Assembly (NCBI GenBank): GCA_021827495.1
Contig: JAKAVN010000003.1
Location: forward strand, 766-64,765
Direction of reading: 5' to 3'
Source of the DNA: Deltaproteobacteria bacterium
GTDB lineage: Bacteria; Desulfobacterota; Binatia; Binatales; Binataceae
DNA: 64,000 nucleotides
Positions within the stretch are counted from its first letter, which is position 1, and every line of letters begins with the position of its first letter. Below, one piece after another: positions 59,690-64,000 of this stretch. Position numbers and translations under genes: made by a program. Below the pieces are notes generated by a model, which worked only from the letters and a program-made list of their open reading frames with translations, did no database searches and was not told the origin of the DNA.

Positions 59690-60555
59690 CCCCGATCGGA
59701 GAGCGGGCCATCGTCGCATGGCCCTTGCTGGTGGCGGAAACCTTGATCTTCGGCACGACCGCGTTTGCTCTGCTGCTGGCGCCGGCACCGCAGTCTAAAG
59801 GAATTGCCAGCGCGCTGACGCCGTTGTGGCGCGGGCTGGCGCTGCTGGCGGCGTTGCTCTCGCCGCTCGCTCTACTGGTGGGCACGGCGAATATGGCGGA
59901 CGTCTCTCTGCGCGCCGCAATTTCCTTTCTTCCGCAGGTGTTGCGTGAGACGCACTTTGGGCACGTATGGTCGTGGAGCTTTCCATTGACGTTGGCGCTT
60001 CTGGTGCTTGCGTGGACGCCCGGGCGCGGACCATTGAAAACAGCCGCGTTGAGTCTTGTGGCCGGCGCGCTGCTGTTGCTCGTAAGCTTTTCCAGCCACG
60101 CGATCGATCGGGGAAGGATCGCGCTCATCGTCCACTTCACCCACGAAGTTGCCGCGGCGCTCTGGATCGGAGCGATCCTTGGACTGTGGTTCGGCGCCGT
60201 CCGCGGCAGGCTTGGCTCTGGATGGATACGGCGGATTGCGCCGCGGGTCTCGCGCGTCGCGGGATGGACCGTTGCAACTCTGATATTGAGCGGTCTTTAC
60301 ACGGCCTACTACTCGCTTGGCGCCGATCCATATCGCCTCATCGACTCGGCATACGGGCGGACCCTGGTGGAGAAGGTATGCGCCGCGGCGCTCGTGCTCC
60401 TCATCGGCGCTTACAACCGCTACTGCCTGATGCCCGCAGTCTCCGAGTCGTCAGCACAGGAGCGCCTGCTGCGAAACGTCGGCCTCGAATCCCTGCTGTT
60501 AATTGGAGTTCTGGGGCTGGCCGCCCTGCTCGCCAACACCCCGCCGGCGCATTGA
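59686..60555 (+). CDS. copD: CopD family copper membrane protein
   Basis: ATGA overlap with copC (59686-59689). Eight or so TM helices. HFGHVW and SSHA ... HEVAAALWIG are CopD-like. Confidence 0.85.
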   Translation: MTPIGERAIVAWPLLVAETLIFGTTAFALLLAPAPQSKGIASALTPLWRGLALLAALLSPLALLVGTANMADVSLRAAISFLPQVLRETHFGHVWSWSFPLTLALLVLAWTPGRGPLKTAALSLVAGALLLLVSFSSHAIDRGRIALIVHFTHEVAAALWIGAILGLWFGAVRGRLGSGWIRRIAPRVSRVAGWTVATLILSGLYTAYYSLGADPYRLIDSAYGRTLVEKVCAAALVLLIGAYNRYCLMPAVSESSAQERLLRNVGLESLLLIGVLGLAALLANTPPAH

Positions 60556-60786
60556 CGAGCGAGGCCGCGTGGCGGAACCCACCACACACCGTTTTCGCAT
60601 CGGCCCCATAGGGTGCATATCGTGCGGAGCACCTTTCCTAACCAACGATTCTTGCGCCAGCGGCAAGCCAACCCCGCCCGCCCCTCGAATACCTTTTCCT
60701 AGTGTCGCAGACGATCGGTTTCCGCTCGCTGCGATCCTATCCAAGGCATACAAATGTAGTGTGTACTCTCTGCGTGGATTGCTCCC

Positions 60787-62361
60787 ATGCATGCATTATT
60801 TACACAAGCCTTCGCCGCAGGCCACTTCGTGCCGCATGGCCAGTGCCTGCTGTGGGATCCGCCACTGCTGTGGCTGGACGTAGTATCGGATTCGATAACC
60901 GCGGTTGCCTACTATTCAATCCCGCCGCTGCTGATCTACTTCATCAGCAAGCGGCGCGATATGCCATTTCGCGCGATCTTCTGGATGTTCGGCATTTTCG
61001 TTTTCTCTTGCGGCACCACTCACGCGCTCGAGGTGTTGACGATTTGGTATCCGGCATACTGGGCGGCGGGCATCGCCAAGGCGGTGACCGCGATTGCCTC
61101 ACTGGTCTGCGCCATCGCGCTGATTCCGTTGCTGCCCAAGGCGCTCGCCCTTCCGACCCACTCGCAGCTCGAGGATACCAATCGGGAGCTGCAGCGGGAG
61201 GTGGCGGAACGCAAGCGTGCGGAGAACCGGTTCCGCGGATTGCTGGAGTCGGCTCCCGACGCGATAGTGGTCGTGGATGCGCAGGGCGACATCGTGTTGG
61301 TGAACGGGCAGACCGAAAAGCTGTTCGGCTACGCACGGCCGGAGATGATCGGAAAGCCGGTCGAACTCCTGCTGCCGGAGCGCTTCCGCGGACGCCACGT
61401 GGCCCAGCGCCAGAACTACTTCAGCGAGCCGCGCGCGCGTGCGCTGGGCAGCGGTTTGGAACTGTTCGGCCTGCGCAAGGACGGCGCCGAGTTCCCGGTC
61501 GAGGTCGCCCTGAGCCCGCTGGTTACCGACGAAGGCCTGGTCTCCAGCGCCATCCGCGACATTTCCGCGCGCAAACGCGTCCAGCTCGAACTGGCGCGGG
61601 CGCGCGACGAGGCGCTGGAAGCCTCGCGGCTCAAGTCCGCCTTCGTGGCCAACATGTCGCACGAGTTGCGCACGCCGCTCAACGGCATCATCGGCTTCAG
61701 CCAATTGCTTTACGCCGGACACATCACTCCGGCTTCCGCCGAATACAAGCAGAGCCTCGGCGACATCCTCGCCAGCGCGCGCCATCTGCTAAGCCTGATT
61801 AACGACGTGCTCGATCTTGCCAAGGTCGAATCGGGCACGATGGAATTCACGCCCGAACCGATCTAGCCGGCACTGCTGATCGAGGAAGTCCGCAGCGTCC
61901 TGCGCGGCGTGGCCGCACAGAAGAAAATCCAGGTCGAGGCCGAAGCCGCGCCGGAGTTGGGCCAGGTCGTGCTCGATCCCGGCAAACTGCGGCAGGTGCT
62001 TTACAACTATCTTTCAAATGCGCTCAAGTTCAGCGGCGCCGACGCGCGCGTCACGATCCGGGTGCGCCCCGAGGGCAAGGAATGGTTCCGCCTCGAGGTC
62101 GAGGACAACGGCGAGGGCATTCGCGCGGAGGATTTGGCAAAGCTCTTCATTGTTTTCAACCAACTCGATTCTTCCTCCAGCAGGCGCCATCAGGGCACCG
62201 GTCTCGGCTTGGCGCTGACCCGCCAGATCGTCGAGGCCCAGGGCGGCACCGTCGGAGTCACGAGCGAGCACGGCAAAGGAAGCATCTTCTGGGCGGTGCT
62301 GCCGCGCCGCCACCCGCTGCGCGACGGCCACCACACGGCGGCGGCGGATCCGGCTAAGTGA
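60787..62361 (+). pseudogene. sensor histidine kinase: ethylene-binding-domain-like 3-TM sensor + PAS + HisKA + HATPase, interrupted by in-frame TAG at 61864-61866 (pseudogene, split gene or sequence error)
   Basis: Track ORFs 60787..61866 and 61909..62361 are in the same frame. EBD-like [19 protein letters not shown] and FSCGTTH. The PAS domain starts [14 protein letters not shown]-box [10 protein letters not shown]. After the stop come N-box YNYLSNALKFS, G1 EDNGEGI and G2 GTGLGLAL. Confidence 0.8.
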
Positions 62362-62383
62362 TGCGCCCGTTTGCGGGCGTGGT

Positions 62384-62563
62384 TCAGATAACGCCTTCGG
62401 CGCGCAACCGTTCCAGTTCCACCTCGTCGCATCCCATCAATTCGCGCAAGATGTCGGCGGTATGCTCGCCGAGCAGCGGCGACGAAGTAATCTCGACCGC
62501 GCTGTCGGACAGCGCCAGCGGGCAGCCCACCGTCTTGAAGGCGCCGCGGCTTCGGCGGATCTG
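62384..62563 (-). pseudogene. C-terminal remnant (about 59 codons) of a family III (CaiB/BaiF) CoA-transferase
   Basis: Own translation: QIRRSRGAFKTVGCPLALSDSAVEITSSPLLGEHTADILRELMGCDEVELERLRAEGVI then TGA at 62384-62386. Bounded upstream by in-frame TAA (62564-66). Only about 230 nt remain before the next gene, so a full-length enzyme cannot be present. Confidence 0.7.
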
Positions 62564-62799
62564 TTAGCAGCCCCGGCCATGTTCATTCTCCCGCACGAGC
62601 CGTGTCATTGAGTAGTGCGGCGGGGCTCCAAGCGCACGTTCGGAGGGCCGTTCACGAACGGCCCCTATGGGAAAACTGTCATCGAGCCCAATCGCACGAT
62701 TGATATACCGTCTCGCGGCAATCGCGGCAAACCGGGTGGCCGCCGCGCGGCTCCGGATCGCCCGGAGGCCTGGTGGTGACGCGCGGATCGCCGGCTAGG

Positions 62800-64000
62800 T
62801 CAGCGGCGGCGAAAATGATCCGCGATCACCCCGGCCACGCAGCAAGTGACCCGCTTGCCGCTGGGTATGTGGAGAAACTCGTTGGGGCCGTGCGCGTTCG
62901 CATGCGGGCCCAGCACTCCGGTGACCAGGAATTGCGCCTCGGGAAAGCGTTCGCCCAGCATGTTGGTGAACGGGATGGTGCCGCCTTCACCCATGTATGC
63001 GGCGGGCTTGCCGAAGTAAGCTTGCGAAGCCTGCTTAAGCGATTGCTCCAGCCACGGCGCGAGCGCCGGCGCATCCCAGCCGCTGGCCGCCCAGTTGCCC
63101 TCGAAGCTCACGCGCGCGCCGTCGGGCGGGTCCTGCTCCATCAGGCTTTGCAGCCTGCGCGTGGCGGCCTGCCCGTCGCAGGTCGGCGGCAGCCGCAGCG
63201 AGAGTTTCACCGCGGTCATCGGGCGCAACACGTTGCCCGCGCTGGCCGGCGGGGGCAGGCCGTCGGCGCCGATGATCGAGAGCGCGGGCCGCCAGGTGCG
63301 ATTCAGGATCAGCTCGGCCGGATCTTTGGTAAGCGGACGCGTGCCTGGCGCGAACGGAAATTTGGTGTAGAGGCTATCGCCGAGCGCGGCGCCGGCGGCC
63401 GCGGCCTGTTGGCGGCGCGCGCCGGGAATCGGAACGTGAAACTCCGCCGGCAGCACGCTCCCGGTGGTTTCGTCCTCCAAGCGGCTCAGCAGCCGGCGCA
63501 CGATGCGGAAGCTGTCGGGGACGACGCCGCCGGCGTCGCCCGAATGCACCCCTTCGCTGAGCACCTCGACCTTGAGCGTCCCGCCCACCAGGCCGCGCAG
63601 CGAGGTCGTGCACCATAGCTGTTCGTAGTTGGCGCAGCCGGAGTCCAGCGCAATCACCAGGCTCGGCTGGCCGATACGCTCGCCGAGATGATCGATGTAG
63701 AACGGCAGGTCGAAGCTTCCGCTTTCCTCGCAAGCCTCGATTAGTATTACGCAGCGCGCATGGGGAATCGCTTGCGCCTCGAGCGCGCCGATCGCCGCGA
63801 GGCACGCGAACATCGCGTAGCCGTCGTCCGCGGCGCCGCGTCCGTACAGGCGTTCGCCCTTAACCACCGGCTGCCACGCTCCCAGGCCCGGGTTCCATCC
63901 GCTCATCTCCGGCTGCTTGTCCATGTGGCCGTAGAGCAGCACGCAGTCGCGCGAGGCCCCCGGAATATCGATGAACAACAGCGGCGTGCGGCCCTCCAGC
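62800..64000 (-). CDS. M20 family metallopeptidase (dipeptidase/ArgE-DapE-CPG2 clan), N-terminus beyond window
   Basis: LLYGHMDKQP, RLYGRGAADDGY, EACEESGS and HGPNEF. The reading frame stays open to position 64000 (LEGRTPLLFIDIPG). Confidence 0.85.
   Translation of the reverse strand, partial: LEGRTPLLFIDIPGASRDCVLLYGHMDKQPEMSGWNPGLGAWQPVVKGERLYGRGAADDGYAMFACLAAIGALEAQAIPHARCVILIEACEESGSFDLPFYIDHLGERIGQPSLVIALDSGCANYEQLWCTTSLRGLVGGTLKVEVLSEGVHSGDAGGVVPDSFRIVRRLLSRLEDETTGSVLPAEFHVPIPGARRQQAAAAGAALGDSLYTKFPFAPGTRPLTKDPAELILNRTWRPALSIIGADGLPPPASAGNVLRPMTAVKLSLRLPPTCDGQAATRRLQSLMEQDPPDGARVSFEGNWAASGWDAPALAPWLEQSLKQASQAYFGKPAAYMGEGGTIPFTNMLGERFPEAQFLVTGVLGPHANAHGPNEFLHIPSGKRVTCCVAGVIADHFRRR

Overview
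High-GC bacterial chromosomal segment (about two-thirds G+C by eye; hand-counted 60-nt lines mostly 65-80%). It holds about 55 protein genes and one tRNA. I found no rRNA, no CRISPR array and no intact transposase or integrase. MlaC, a Kdo/WaaP-type kinase, DUF1329, MltG, LemA and a putative outer-membrane barrel point to a diderm host. The F420-type LLM oxidoreductases and general style resemble uncultured deltaproteobacteria-like, Binatia-like or Rokubacteria-like lineages, but taxonomy cannot be fixed from this window.

Housekeeping backbone: panE-coaE, smpB, ruvX-mltG, argJ, dnaE, rplY, prs, tRNA-Gln and pckG.

Notable accessory content:
1. A PAS histidine kinase whose N-terminal membrane domain looks like the Cu-dependent ethylene-binding domain of plant ETR1. 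It lies directly downstream of copC-copD and is interrupted by an in-frame TAG.
2. An envelope glycan locus with three PAPS-type sulfotransferases, two GT2 enzymes, an MsbA-like ABC exporter and two tandem GT-C glycosyltransferases. One GT-C gene carries an amber stop ahead of a still-conserved C-terminal tail.
3. A single polypeptide combining an adenylate-forming ligase, an ACP and a PlsC-type acyltransferase, next to a glycerophosphodiesterase and MlaC.
4. A fusion of a GH-A-like TIM barrel, a GT2 domain and a membrane domain, coupled to a second ABC exporter.
5. A MoxR-DUF58-BatA-VWA operon.
6. A lower-GC islet of about 4.5 kb beside tRNA-Gln. It carries nested inverted-repeat (MITE-like) elements, a small orphan protein, GTP-PEPCK translationally coupled to an HTH-EIIA(Ntr)-type regulator, and a pentapeptide-repeat gene.

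Three gene remnants (DUF1329, SDR, CoA-transferase) and two in-frame TAG codons suggest ongoing gene decay or assembly/sequence errors. Many long ORFs in the supplied track are antisense or out-of-frame shadows typical of high-GC DNA and were not called. All family assignments come from motif recognition by eye; no searches were run.
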